Source: a virus
Taxonomy: Duplodnaviria; Heunggongvirae; Uroviricota; Caudoviricetes; Herelleviridae
DNA length: 64,000 nucleotides
Strand: one strand, 5' to 3'
IMG/VR virus record: IMGVR_UViG_2706795462_000001
Position 1 is the first letter of the stretch. Each line of letters begins with the position of its first letter. Under the pieces are notes generated by a model. The model did no database searches. It saw nothing but the letters and a program-made list of their open reading frames with translations, and had not been told where the DNA came from. Shown in pieces: positions 53,396 through 63,655 of this stretch. Both the position numbers and the translations under genes were made by a program.

Positions 53396-54787
53396 ATGAC
53401 TATCGAAAAGAACCTGTCAGACGTTCAACAAAAGTACGCTGACCAATTCCAAGAAGACGTAGTAAAGTCATTCCAAACTGGTTATGGAATCACTCCTGAT
53501 ACACAAATTGACGCAGGAGCTTTACGTAGAGAAATTTTAGATGACCAAATCACAATGTTAACATGGACTAACGAAGATTTAATCTTCTATCGTGATATCT
53601 CACGCCGTCCTGCTCAATCTACAGTAGTAAAATACGACCAATATTTACGTCACGGTAACGTAGGTCACTCTCGTTTCGTTAAAGAAATCGGAGTAGCACC
53701 AGTATCTGACCCAAATATCCGTCAAAAAACCGTATCAATGAAATACGTTTCTGATACTAAAAACATGTCAATTGCATCAGGTTTAGTAAATAACATTGCT
53801 GACCCATCACAAATCCTTACAGAAGATGCTATCGCAGTTGTTGCAAAAACAATTGAGTGGGCTTCATTCTATGGTGACGCTTCATTAACTTCTGAAGTTG
53901 AAGGTGAAGGTTTAGAATTTGATGGTTTAGCTAAATTGATTGACAAAAATAACGTAATTAACGCTAAAGGTAACCAATTAACTGAGAAACACTTAAACGA
54001 GGCGGCTGTACGTATCGGTAAAGGTTTCGGTACAGCTACAGATGCTTACATGCCTATCGGTGTACACGCAGACTTCGTTAACTCAATCTTAGGTCGTCAA
54101 ATGCAATTAATGCAAGACAACAGCGGTAACGTTAACACTGGTTACAGCGTAAATGGTTTCTACTCATCTCGTGGATTCATTAAATTACATGGTTCTACAG
54201 TAATGGAAAATGAATTAATCTTAGATGAATCATTACAACCATTACCAAACGCTCCTCAACCTGCTAAAGTTACAGCTACAGTTGAAACTAAGCAAAAAGG
54301 TGCTTTTGAAGATGAAGAAGACCGTGCAGGATTATCATATAAAGTAGTAGTTAACTCAGATGACGCTCAATCAGCTCCTTCTGAAGAAGTAACAGCTACA
54401 GTATCTAACGTTGACGATGGTGTTAAACTTTCAATCAGTGTTAACGCTATGTACCAACAACAACCACAATTTGTTTCTATCTACCGTCAAGGTAAAGAAA
54501 CAGGTATGTACTTCCTAATCAAACGTGTACCAGTTAAAGATGCACAAGAAGATGGAACAATCGTATTCGTAGATAAGAACGAAACATTGCCTGAAACAGC
54601 AGACGTATTCGTTGGTGAAATGTCACCACAAGTAGTTCACTTATTCGAATTACTTCCAATGATGAAATTACCATTAGCTCAAATTAATGCTTCTATTACA
54701 TTTGCAGTATTATGGTATGGTGCATTAGCATTACGTGCTCCTAAAAAATGGGCTCGTATTAAAAACGTTCGTTATATCGCAGTTTAA
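53396..54787 (+). CDS. major capsid protein
   Basis: 463 aa; strong RBS AAAGGTGATAAATTTATATG; HK97-fold-like length; matches my recollection of Twort-like MCP N-terminus MTIEKNLSDVQQKYADQFQ; terminator 54819-54847. Confidence 0.85.
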   Translation: MTIEKNLSDVQQKYADQFQEDVVKSFQTGYGITPDTQIDAGALRREILDDQITMLTWTNEDLIFYRDISRRPAQSTVVKYDQYLRHGNVGHSRFVKEIGVAPVSDPNIRQKTVSMKYVSDTKNMSIASGLVNNIADPSQILTEDAIAVVAKTIEWASFYGDASLTSEVEGEGLEFDGLAKLIDKNNVINAKGNQLTEKHLNEAAVRIGKGFGTATDAYMPIGVHADFVNSILGRQMQLMQDNSGNVNTGYSVNGFYSSRGFIKLHGSTVMENELILDESLQPLPNAPQPAKVTATVETKQKGAFEDEEDRAGLSYKVVVNSDDAQSAPSEEVTATVSNVDDGVKLSISVNAMYQQQPQFVSIYRQGKETGMYFLIKRVPVKDAQEDGTIVFVDKNETLPETADVFVGEMSPQVVHLFELLPMMKLPLAQINASITFAVLWYGALALRAPKKWARIKNVRYIAV

Positions 54788-54818
54788 TAGAATAAGAAAA
54801 ACTGAATACAAGAGAATA

Positions 54819-54847
54819 GGGATAAACTTAGGGTTTATCCCTTTTTT
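54819..54847 (+). terminator. rho-independent terminator after major capsid gene
   Basis: GGGATAAAC-ttagg-GTTTATCCC plus T6. Confidence 0.7.
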
Positions 54848-54878
54848 ATTAAAATAAACTTGAAGGGACTCAATAAAT

Positions 54879-55175
54879 ATGTTATACTATAAGAAATTAC
54901 TAAATACAAAAATGGCTACCATTTATGGTACAGTAGATATTGACAAAGATGGAGTAGTTAAAGGATTAACTAAGGAACAAGAAAAAGAGTTTGCAAATGT
55001 TCCAGGTTTTGAATTTGAAGAAGAAAAGAAAACTACTAGAAAACAATCAGCTTCTACTAGTAAAGAAGAAGAACCTAAAGAAGAGGAAAAGAAAGCTTCT
55101 ACTAGAAAAACTACAAGTACTACTAGAAAATCTACAGCACGTAAAACAACAGCCAAAAAAGATGAAAATAAGTAA
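54879..55175 (+). CDS. basic K/T/S-rich protein
   Basis: 98 aa; ..TTRKQSASTSKEEEPKEEEKKASTRKTTSTTRKSTARKTTAKKDENK. Confidence 0.45.
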   Translation: MLYYKKLLNTKMATIYGTVDIDKDGVVKGLTKEQEKEFANVPGFEFEEEKKTTRKQSASTSKEEEPKEEEKKASTRKTTSTTRKSTARKTTAKKDENK

Positions 55176-55187
55176 AGGGTGAATTAA

Positions 55188-56096
55188 ATGGTTAACTCAA
55201 TGTTTGGAGGGGACTTAGACCCTTATGAAAAATCATTAAACTATGAATATCCTTATCATCCTAGTGGTAATCCTAAACATATAGACGTAAGTGAGATAGA
55301 TAACTTAACATTAGCTGATTATGGATGGTCACCTGATGCAGTTAAAGCTTATATGTTTGGTATTGTAGTACAAAACCCTGATACAGGACAGCCCATGGGT
55401 GACGAGTTTTATAACCATATATTAGAAAGAGCAGTAGGTAAAGCTGAGAGAGCGCTAGATATTTCTATACTACCTGATACTCAACATGAGATGAGAGATT
55501 ATCATGAGACAGAGTTTAATAGTTATATGTTTGTACATGCTTACAGAAAACCTATATTACAGGTAGAGAACTTACAGCTACAATTTAATGGTAGACCTAT
55601 ATATAAATACCCTGCTAACTGGTGGAAAGTAGAGCATTTAGCAGGTCATGTTCAATTGTTCCCTACAGCACTTATGCAAACAGGACAATCAATGTCATAT
55701 GATGCTGTATTCAATGGATACCCTCAATTAGCAGGTGTATATCCACCATCAGGAGCAACATTTGCACCTCAAATGATACGACTAGAATACGTATCAGGTA
55801 TGCTTCCACGTAAAAAAGCAGGTAGAAATAAACCTTGGGAGATGCCTCCTGAGTTAGAACAGCTAGTTATAAAATATGCATTGAAAGAAATATACCAAGT
55901 ATGGGGTAACTTAATCATTGGTGCCGGTATTGCTAATAAAACATTAGAAGTAGACGGTATCACAGAAACAATAGGAACTACTCAATCAGCTATGTATGGT
56001 GGAGCTAGTGCTCAGATACTTCAAATAAATGAAGATATAAAAGAACTATTGGATGGTTTAAGAGCTTACTTTGGATATAATATGATAGGATTATAA
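55188..56096 (+). CDS. virion structural protein (head-tail joining module)
   Basis: 302 aa; RBS AAGGGTGAATTAAATG; between MCP and sheath. Confidence 0.55.
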   Translation: MVNSMFGGDLDPYEKSLNYEYPYHPSGNPKHIDVSEIDNLTLADYGWSPDAVKAYMFGIVVQNPDTGQPMGDEFYNHILERAVGKAERALDISILPDTQHEMRDYHETEFNSYMFVHAYRKPILQVENLQLQFNGRPIYKYPANWWKVEHLAGHVQLFPTALMQTGQSMSYDAVFNGYPQLAGVYPPSGATFAPQMIRLEYVSGMLPRKKAGRNKPWEMPPELEQLVIKYALKEIYQVWGNLIIGAGIANKTLEVDGITETIGTTQSAMYGGASAQILQINEDIKELLDGLRAYFGYNMIGL

Positions 56097-56109
56097 GGAG
56101 GGTTAGAAA

Positions 56110-56988
56110 ATGGAAAAACCGTATATGATAGGAGCCAACTCTAACCCTAATATTATTAATAAGTCAACAACATACACTACTACAACACAAGCAGATGAAC
56201 AGGATAAACCTAAGTATACTACTAGGCTAGAGTTTGATACTATTGATATGATTAGGTTTATTAATGATAGGGGTATAAAAGTACTATGGGAAGAAGCATA
56301 TTTTTGTCCGTGTCTTAATCCTGACACAGGTCATCCTAGAGTAGATTGTCCTAGATGTCATGGTAAAGGTATTGCTTATTTACCTCCTAAAGAGACTATA
56401 ATGGCAATACAGTCCCAAGAGAAAGGAACTAACCAATTAGATATAGGGATATTAGATACAGGTACTGCAATAGGTACAACTCAATTAGAAAAGAGAATAT
56501 CCTATAGAGATAGGTTTACTGTTCCTGAAGTATTAATGCCTCAACAAATGATTTATTTTGTAAATAAAGATAGAATTAAAAAAGGTATACCATTATACTA
56601 CGATGTAAAAGAAGTAACTTATATAGCCACTCAAGATGGTACAGTCTATGAAGAAGATTATGAAATTAAGAATAATAGATTGTATTTAAATGAAAAATAT
56701 GAGAACCATACAGTAACTTTAAAGATACTTATGACTTTAAGATATGTAGTATCAGATATACTAAAGGAAAGTCGTTATCAATATACTAAATTTAATCAAC
56801 CTAAATCAAAATTTGAAAACTTACCTCAAAAATTACTTCTTAAAAGGGAAGATGTTATTGTACTACAAGACCCTTATAAAGTTAATGATGGTATAGAAGA
56901 AGACCTAGAAATTCAAGTAGATGACCCTAAAGCTTCCGCATCTAATCCTAGTAATTTAGGTGGATTCTTCGGAGGTGCATTTAAATAA
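56110..56988 (+). CDS. virion structural protein (head-tail joining module)
   Basis: 292 aa; RBS AAGGAGGG. Confidence 0.55.
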   Translation: MEKPYMIGANSNPNIINKSTTYTTTTQADEQDKPKYTTRLEFDTIDMIRFINDRGIKVLWEEAYFCPCLNPDTGHPRVDCPRCHGKGIAYLPPKETIMAIQSQEKGTNQLDIGILDTGTAIGTTQLEKRISYRDRFTVPEVLMPQQMIYFVNKDRIKKGIPLYYDVKEVTYIATQDGTVYEEDYEIKNNRLYLNEKYENHTVTLKILMTLRYVVSDILKESRYQYTKFNQPKSKFENLPQKLLLKREDVIVLQDPYKVNDGIEEDLEIQVDDPKASASNPSNLGGFFGGAFK

Positions 56989-57608
56989 TGCCAGTTCACG
57001 GAAAGAGACCTAATTTATTTAAAAATAAAAACTATAAGCAGGTAGGTAAGAGAACCATTGATGGCATGCGTTCAGAAGTTCTTGACAAGCTACAAGCAAC
57101 AGCACAGCAAGTAGAGAATACTAGTATTAAACGTATGCCTACTTATCTACAAGTAACAGAGAAAAAGCTTGAAAAAGAAGGAGTAGTAGACCTTAAAAAA
57201 GCATTTGCTCACTCATCTAAAAAGAAAACTAGTAAAGACGGAGGATGGTATTTAACTGTACCAATCCGCATTAAAACTAGTAGAATGAACAACAGTACTT
57301 ATCAAGATATGAGGACTTTAAAAGTAGATAAAGGCACAGGTTCAGTTTCTAAGATAACTGATTATCTAGAAGGACGTAGAAAGAATGTAAGTCACCCGTC
57401 AATGAAACCGGAACCTATGACTCATAACATGACTAAAGTTAAAAGAGGAAAGCAATCTTCTTACTTTATATTTAGAACTGTTTCTAGTAAATCACCTGCT
57501 AGTTCCTGGATACTTAATAGAGATAAAGTTAATGAGAATAATTTCTCTAAAACAACTCTAAAAACTGTTAAGCAACTAATGAACTGGAAGATGAAAAATT
57601 TAAATTAA
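56988..57608 (+). CDS. virion structural protein (basic)
   Basis: 206 aa; coupled start ATAATG. Confidence 0.5.
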   Translation: MPVHGKRPNLFKNKNYKQVGKRTIDGMRSEVLDKLQATAQQVENTSIKRMPTYLQVTEKKLEKEGVVDLKKAFAHSSKKKTSKDGGWYLTVPIRIKTSRMNNSTYQDMRTLKVDKGTGSVSKITDYLEGRRKNVSHPSMKPEPMTHNMTKVKRGKQSSYFIFRTVSSKSPASSWILNRDKVNENNFSKTTLKTVKQLMNWKMKNLN

Positions 57609-57626
57609 GAGGAGGGTTAGTATTAA

Positions 57627-58463
57627 ATGGCAATAACATCAGTTGATTCATATTTATTATCAGAAATAAAGCCTAGACTTAACACTGTGCTAGAGAATTG
57701 TTATATTATAGATGAAGTTTTAAAAGACTTTGATTATCAAACTAGAGAGAGCTTTAAAGAAGCTTTCTGCGGTAAGAATGCACAACATGAAGTAACGGTA
57801 GGATTTAACTTCCCAAAATTTAAAAATAACTATGAAGCTCATTACTTGATACAATTAGGTCAAGGACAAGAGACAAAAAACTCTTTAGGGAGTATTCAGT
57901 CATCTTACTTTGAGGCAACAGGAGATACCTTAGTCGAATCTTCTACAGCAATAAGAGAAGATGATAAGTTAGTTTTTACTGTTTCTAAACCTATAGGAGA
58001 ATTAATAAAAGTAGAAGATATAGAGTTTGCTAAATACGATAATCTTCAAGTTGAAGGTAATAAGGTATCATTTAAGTACCAAACAAATGAAGATTATGAG
58101 AATTATAATGCTAATATTATCTTTACTGAAAAGAAAAACGACTCTAAAGGTTTAGTAAAAGGATTCACAGTTGAAGAACAAGTAACAGTTGTAGGTCTAT
58201 CATTTAATGTAGATGTTGCACGATGTTTAGATGCTGTATTAAAAATGATTTTAATATCTATGAGAGATAGTATAGAAGAGCAACAAACATTCCAATTACA
58301 GAATTTGTCCTTTGGTGATATTGCACCAATAATAGAAGACGGTGACTCAATAATTTTTGGTAGACCGACAATTATTAAGTACACAAGTTCTCTAGACTTG
58401 GATTATACTATTACACAAGATATTAATAAACTAACTTTTAAAGAAAGAAAGGATTGGAAGTAG
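57627..58463 (+). CDS. virion structural protein
   Basis: 278 aa; RBS GAGGAGGG. Confidence 0.5.
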   Translation: MAITSVDSYLLSEIKPRLNTVLENCYIIDEVLKDFDYQTRESFKEAFCGKNAQHEVTVGFNFPKFKNNYEAHYLIQLGQGQETKNSLGSIQSSYFEATGDTLVESSTAIREDDKLVFTVSKPIGELIKVEDIEFAKYDNLQVEGNKVSFKYQTNEDYENYNANIIFTEKKNDSKGLVKGFTVEEQVTVVGLSFNVDVARCLDAVLKMILISMRDSIEEQQTFQLQNLSFGDIAPIIEDGDSIIFGRPTIIKYTSSLDLDYTITQDINKLTFKERKDWK

Positions 58464-58464
58464 G

Positions 58465-58680
58465 ATGGCTAGAAAAAAGACACCTGAAAATAACACTCCT
58501 AAATTTAATGGTTATGTTCATATAGATACATTCCTTGATACTGCAAAAACCCTTTTTAACATGAGGGATTCACAAGTAGCAGGATTTAAAGCTTATATGG
58601 AAGGTAGTCATTATTTGTTTAGTGAGCAAGAATTCTTACCATCATTAGAGAAGTATTTAGGTAGGAAATTAGATATATAA
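58465..58680 (+). CDS. hypothetical small protein
   Basis: 71 aa; coupled to the previous stop. Confidence 0.45.
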   Translation: MARKKTPENNTPKFNGYVHIDTFLDTAKTLFNMRDSQVAGFKAYMEGSHYLFSEQEFLPSLEKYLGRKLDI

Positions 58681-58706
58681 TAACATTCAGATAAGGAGAA
58701 TTAAAT

Positions 58707-60470
58707 ATGGCAGTAGAACCATTCCCAAGAAGACCTATTACCCGTCCTCATGCATCTATTGAAGTAGATACTTCAGGTATCGGTGGCTCAGCAGGTTCAA
58801 GTGAAAAAGTATTTTGCTTAATCGGTCAGGCTGAAGGCGGAGAACCAAATACAGTTTATGAATTACGTAACTATGCACAAGCTAAACGTTTATTCCGTTC
58901 AGGAGAATTACTTGATGCAATTGAATTAGCATGGGGTTCTAACCCTAACTATACAGCAGGACGTATTTTAGCTATGCGTATAGAAGATGCTAAACCTGCA
59001 ACAGCAGAAGTTGGCGGACTAAAAATTACATCTAAAATCTTCGGTAATGTTGCTAACAACATTCAAGTAGGATTGGAAAAGAACACATTAAGTGATTCAT
59101 TACGTTTAAGAGTAATATTCCAAGATGACCGTTTCAATGAGGTTTATGATAATATCGGTAATATCTTCACAATCAAGTATAAAGGAGAAGAAGCTAACGC
59201 AACTTTTTCTGTAGAACATGATGAAGAAACTCAAAAAGCAAGTCGTTTAGTATTAAAAGTTGGAGACCAAGAAGTTAAGTCATATGATTTAACTGGCGGA
59301 GCTTATGACTATACTAATGCTATTATTACAGACATTAATCAATTACCTGATTTCGAAGCTAAATTATCACCTTTCGGAGATAAGAACTTAGAATCTAGTA
59401 AATTAGATAAAATTGAAAATGCAGATATTAAAGACAAAGCTGTATATGTTAAAGCAGTTTTCGGTGACTTAGAAAAACAAACAGCATATAACGGTATTGT
59501 ATCTTTCGAGCAACTTAATGCAGAAGGAGAAGTACCAAGTAATGTAGAGGTTGAAGCAGGAGAAGAATCAGCTACAGTAACTGCTACTTCACCTATTAAA
59601 ACTATTGAGCCGTTCGAATTAACTAAGTTAAAAGGCGGTACTAACGGTGAACCACCTGCTACATGGGCAGATAAATTAGATAAATTTGCACATGAAGGTG
59701 GATACTACATTGTTCCATTATCATCTAAACAATCAGTTCATGCAGAGGTAGCTTCTTTCGTTAAAGAACGTTCTGACGCAGGAGAACCAATGAGAGCTAT
59801 TGTTGGTGGAGGATTCAATGAATCTAAAGAACAATTGTTCGGTAGACAAGCATCATTATCTAATCCACGTGTATCATTAGTAGCTAACTCAGGTACTTTT
59901 GTTATGGATGATGGACGTAAAAACCATGTACCTGCTTATATGGTAGCTGTAGCTTTAGGTGGTCTTGCAAGTGGTTTAGAAATCGGTGAATCAATCACAT
60001 TCAAACCATTACGTGTAAGTTCATTAGACCAAATCTATGAATCAATAGACTTAGATGAATTAAATGAAAATGGTATTATTAGTATAGAGTTTGTTCGTAA
60101 CCGTACTAATACATTCTTCAGAATCGTTGATGACGTAACTACATTCAATGATAAATCAGACCCAGTTAAGGCTGAAATGGCTGTTGGGGAAGCTAATGAC
60201 TTCTTAGTAAGTGAGCTTAAAGTTCAACTTGAAGACCAATTTATTGGTACTCGTACTATCAATACAAGTGCTTCAATTATTAAAGACTTTATCCAATCTT
60301 ACTTGGGTCGTAAGAAACGTGATAATGAAATTCAAGACTTCCCTGCTGAAGACGTACAAGTTATTGTTGAAGGTAACGAAGCAAGAATTTCAATGACAGT
60401 TTACCCAATCAGAAGCTTCAAGAAAATCTCTGTTAGCTTGGTTTACAAGCAACAGACATTACAAGCCTAA
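58707..60470 (+). CDS. tail sheath protein
   Basis: 587 aa; RBS AAGGAGAATTAAATATG; immediately upstream of the tail tube; N-terminus MAVEPFPRRPITRPHASIEVDTSGIGG as I recall for Twort-like sheath. Confidence 0.8.
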   Translation: MAVEPFPRRPITRPHASIEVDTSGIGGSAGSSEKVFCLIGQAEGGEPNTVYELRNYAQAKRLFRSGELLDAIELAWGSNPNYTAGRILAMRIEDAKPATAEVGGLKITSKIFGNVANNIQVGLEKNTLSDSLRLRVIFQDDRFNEVYDNIGNIFTIKYKGEEANATFSVEHDEETQKASRLVLKVGDQEVKSYDLTGGAYDYTNAIITDINQLPDFEAKLSPFGDKNLESSKLDKIENADIKDKAVYVKAVFGDLEKQTAYNGIVSFEQLNAEGEVPSNVEVEAGEESATVTATSPIKTIEPFELTKLKGGTNGEPPATWADKLDKFAHEGGYYIVPLSSKQSVHAEVASFVKERSDAGEPMRAIVGGGFNESKEQLFGRQASLSNPRVSLVANSGTFVMDDGRKNHVPAYMVAVALGGLASGLEIGESITFKPLRVSSLDQIYESIDLDELNENGIISIEFVRNRTNTFFRIVDDVTTFNDKSDPVKAEMAVGEANDFLVSELKVQLEDQFIGTRTINTSASIIKDFIQSYLGRKKRDNEIQDFPAEDVQVIVEGNEARISMTVYPIRSFKKISVSLVYKQQTLQA

Positions 60471-60542
60471 TCTAGGTGATGGAGTACCTGGATTAGGTAC
60501 TCCTATTAATATAATTTGAATACTTTAGGAGAGTGAATACAG

Positions 60543-60971
60543 ATGGCATCAGAAGCTAAACAAACCGTCCATACTGGTAATACCGTCCTACTTATGATTA
60601 AAGGTAAACCGGTAGGAAGAGCACAATCAGCATCAGGTCAACGTGAATACGGTACAACTGGTGTATACGAAATCGGTTCTATCATGCCTCAAGAACACGT
60701 ATACTTACGTTATGAAGGTACAATTACAGTAGAACGTTTACGTATGAAAAAAGAAAACTTTGCAGATTTAGGATATGCTTCACTTGGTGAAGAAATTCTT
60801 AAGAAAGATATCATTGATATTTTAGTTGTAGATAACTTAACGAAACAAGTTATTATCTCATATCATGGTTGCTCTGCAAATAACTACAATGAAACTTGGC
60901 AGACAAATGAAATTGTAACAGAAGAAATCGAGTTTAGTTACTTAACAGCAAGTGACAAAGCACGTACTTAA
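60543..60971 (+). CDS. tail tube protein
   Basis: 142 aa; RBS TAGGAGAGTGAATACAGATG; strong terminator 60978-61006. Confidence 0.8.
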   Translation: MASEAKQTVHTGNTVLLMIKGKPVGRAQSASGQREYGTTGVYEIGSIMPQEHVYLRYEGTITVERLRMKKENFADLGYASLGEEILKKDIIDILVVDNLTKQVIISYHGCSANNYNETWQTNEIVTEEIEFSYLTASDKART

Positions 60972-60977
60972 TATACT

Positions 60978-61006
60978 AGACCAACTAAAAAGTTGGTCTT
61001 TTTTTA
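60978..61006 (+). terminator. rho-independent terminator after tail tube gene
   Basis: AGACCAACT-aaaa-AGTTGGTCT plus T7. Confidence 0.75.
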
Positions 61007-61054
61007 TTGACATTATAAAATTTATATGATATTATAATAAACAGGTTAGGAGTA

Positions 61055-61219
61055 ATGAGTATGAATAATAGACAAGCTAAAATAAAAGGTTATAATCAAT
61101 TTCATTATTATGATTTTCCAACAACTAAAGGTAAGTTTAAAGATATAATGAAAAGAAAGTCTAGAACAGAACTTAAAAAAGATTTACAAAAAGAGAGGAA
61201 AGATTATCTTGACAAATAA
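61055..61219 (+). CDS. small basic protein (54 aa)
   Basis: RBS AGGTTAGGAGTAATG; MSMNNRQAKIKGYNQFHYYDFPTTKGKF.. Confidence 0.35.
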   Translation: MSMNNRQAKIKGYNQFHYYDFPTTKGKFKDIMKRKSRTELKKDLQKERKDYLDK

Positions 61220-61382
61220 GAGAAAAACAATAGGAAAAATGAGTAATACGAGAGCAACATGGAATATCAACCCTGTAACTAAGGTTAAAAAAGATAAAAC
61301 AAAATATTCTAGAAAAAATAAGCATAAAGGTCTTGACAACTATAATTAACTAAGGTATATTATTAGTATAACAAAAAAGGAG

Positions 61383-61844
61383 ATGAATTACATGAGTACA
61401 TTTTGGTCAAAAAGAAGAACAACAGGTAAGGACAGACAAGTAAAGAAACATTATACTCAAATGTCTTTACAAGAAAAGAAGAAGTGTGTTAATCTATTAC
61501 AAGATACAATTAATACGCATAAGTATTTAGAACTATCAAGTCATTGTAAAACTAAACTTAAAAATAAAATTAATTTTAGTAATCTAGTAAGATTTATTTT
61601 TAAGGATAGAAATGCACCATTTAATATTATTGAGTATAATATTACAGATTTTCATGGTAAAGAACAAAGAAGAATAATTTTTAAAAGCCCTACTATTGTA
61701 ACTATAGAAGGAGTAAGTAGTTATCAGTACTTAGTTATTAACTTAGAAGATGGTACAATAATAACTACATACTATAATGGTATTACAGATACACATAAAA
61801 CATTAGATTTAAAATATTATAATAAAAACTTGACAATTAAATAA
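61383..61844 (+). CDS. hypothetical protein
   Basis: 153 aa; RBS AAAAGGAGATGAATTACATG. Confidence 0.55.
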   Translation: MNYMSTFWSKRRTTGKDRQVKKHYTQMSLQEKKKCVNLLQDTINTHKYLELSSHCKTKLKNKINFSNLVRFIFKDRNAPFNIIEYNITDFHGKEQRRIIFKSPTIVTIEGVSSYQYLVINLEDGTIITTYYNGITDTHKTLDLKYYNKNLTIK

Positions 61845-61856
61845 GGAGGAATTATA

Positions 61857-62051
61857 ATGGGATTAATATTTGTAAATAGTTATTTTATAATATCAAACAT
61901 ATTAATTATTGTGTTTAGTAAATTAAATAGTAAAAAAAAGGTAACAGAAAAAACTCTAGCTACAAGTAATCTTTTATTAACAATATCATATATTCAACTA
62001 TTAGCATTTTTAATCATTAATGGTATTTACTACTCATTAAAATATATGTAA
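61857..62051 (+). CDS. small membrane protein
   Basis: 64 aa, two TM helices; RBS AAGGAGGAATTATAATG. Confidence 0.5.
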   Translation: MGLIFVNSYFIISNILIIVFSKLNSKKKVTEKTLATSNLLLTISYIQLLAFLIINGIYYSLKYM

Positions 62052-62121
62052 AAAAAGTATTGACAGAATAAAAATAATAAACTATAATACAGATATAACA
62101 AATTAAAGGAGAAGATATAAA

Positions 62122-62433
62122 ATGTCACAAGATAAATTAAGAGCAATTTACACAGAAATGAAAGTAGAATTACACAAATTTCCTAAAGAGGTAGATGTAA
62201 CAAGTAAATCAACTGCAATTGCAATCAATCAGATTCTAGATAAATTTAAAACATTAACTGAACAAGCAGGGAAAATTACGAGAAAATATCTAGAAGGTCA
62301 AGAAATATTAACTATTGATTATGAGTATTATGATTCATTACAAGAATACTATATCTACCTACTTAGAAACAGTGAAAAGATTGAACAAAGTTTACAAGAA
62401 ATCACTAAGCGTACAGGTGAATATGTAAAGTAA
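62122..62433 (+). CDS. hypothetical protein
   Basis: 103 aa; RBS AAAGGAGAAGATATAAAATG. Confidence 0.5.
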   Translation: MSQDKLRAIYTEMKVELHKFPKEVDVTSKSTAIAINQILDKFKTLTEQAGKITRKYLEGQEILTIDYEYYDSLQEYYIYLLRNSEKIEQSLQEITKRTGEYVK

Positions 62434-62564
62434 TTTTGATTTAAAAACAAAATATGATATACTATGTTTAAAGTAGTAAGCCTACACTAGTCCGTGTTAT
62501 ATTAATATTGAATCGGATAAGCGTAGGCTTTATTAATATTTAAAAAAGGAAGGTATATCATATT

Positions 62565-63023
62565 ATGGCAGAAGAAATTAAAAAGGAACAAGATGTACAA
62601 GAAACAACTAAAGAAGATAAAAAAGATGTTAGTAAAATGACACCGGAAGAAATAGATAAATTAAAATATCAAGATAAGCAAGAAAAAGAACAAGTAATTA
62701 ACAAAGTTATTAAAGGTGTTAATGATACTTGGGAAAAAGAATATAACTTTGAAGAATTAGATTTAAGATTTAAAGTTAAAATTAAATTACCTAATGCACG
62801 AGAACAAGGTAACATATTTGCGTTACGTTCTGCTTACTTAGGTGGTATGGATATGTATCAAACAGACCAAGTAATTAGAGCATACCAAATGTTAGCTACA
62901 TTACAAGAAGTAGGTATTGAAGTTCCTAAGGAATTCCAAGACCCTGATGATATCTATAACTTATATCCTTTAACTGTTATGTATGAAGATTGGTTAGGAT
63001 TCTTAAACTCCTTTCGTTACTAA
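62565..63023 (+). CDS. hypothetical protein (positionally a tail-assembly chaperone candidate)
   Basis: 152 aa; RBS AAAGGAAGG; upstream of the TMP start. Confidence 0.45.
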   Translation: MAEEIKKEQDVQETTKEDKKDVSKMTPEEIDKLKYQDKQEKEQVINKVIKGVNDTWEKEYNFEELDLRFKVKIKLPNAREQGNIFALRSAYLGGMDMYQTDQVIRAYQMLATLQEVGIEVPKEFQDPDDIYNLYPLTVMYEDWLGFLNSFRY

Positions 63024-63057
63024 TAGTATAGAAACATTAGATAAAGATATAGAACGA

Positions 63058-63603
63058 TTGGGTGGTATGGAATCAATTGTTAAACAACCTTTATCTAGAA
63101 ATCTATGGGCTATTATGAAAGAGTTTAATGTTTTGCCTACTGAGCAAAGATTTAAGGATTTAGACGATTATCAAATAGAGTTTATTATTGGTAATATGAA
63201 TAGAGATGTTTATGAACATAATAAACAACTTAAACAAGCTCAAAAAGGTGGAAAATTCGATAGTCAATTTGAAGATGACGATAGTAGTTGGTGGAATGAA
63301 TCTCATGAAGACTTTGACCCGGTACCTGATTTCTTAGATGCCGATGACTTAGCACAACAGATGGAAGCTAAATTATCTGATAGAGATAAGGAAGAAAGAG
63401 CTAAGAGAAATGATGCAGAGTTAAATGATGAAACAGAAGGACTCACTACACAACATCTTGCTATGATGGAATACATTAGAAGAAAACAAGAAGAATTAGA
63501 TGATGAAGTAGGAAATGGTAAAACTAGTGAAGATGATGCTACTATAACACAAGAGAGCGTTAATAAAGCACTAGAAGACCTAGATGATGACTGGTATATG
63601 TAA
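63058..63603 (+). CDS. acidic protein (positionally a tail-assembly chaperone candidate)
   Basis: 181 aa, D/E-rich; terminator 63605-63638 follows. Confidence 0.45.
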   Translation: MGGMESIVKQPLSRNLWAIMKEFNVLPTEQRFKDLDDYQIEFIIGNMNRDVYEHNKQLKQAQKGGKFDSQFEDDDSSWWNESHEDFDPVPDFLDADDLAQQMEAKLSDRDKEERAKRNDAELNDETEGLTTQHLAMMEYIRRKQEELDDEVGNGKTSEDDATITQESVNKALEDLDDDWYM

Positions 63604-63604
63604 A

Positions 63605-63638
63605 GGGTGGTAGGTGATACTACCATCCTTATTTTTTT
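63605..63638 (+). terminator. rho-independent terminator before the probable TMP gene
   Basis: GGTGGTAG-gtgata-CTACCATC plus T7. Confidence 0.6.
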
Positions 63639-63655
63639 AAAATGGATGGTGAATA

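Noticed and set aside
62565-63603. Programmed -1 frameshift tail-chaperone pair upstream of the TMP
   Set aside because: The two genes are separated by a stop codon and a 34-nt gap with its own RBS. No slippery heptamer and overlap found.
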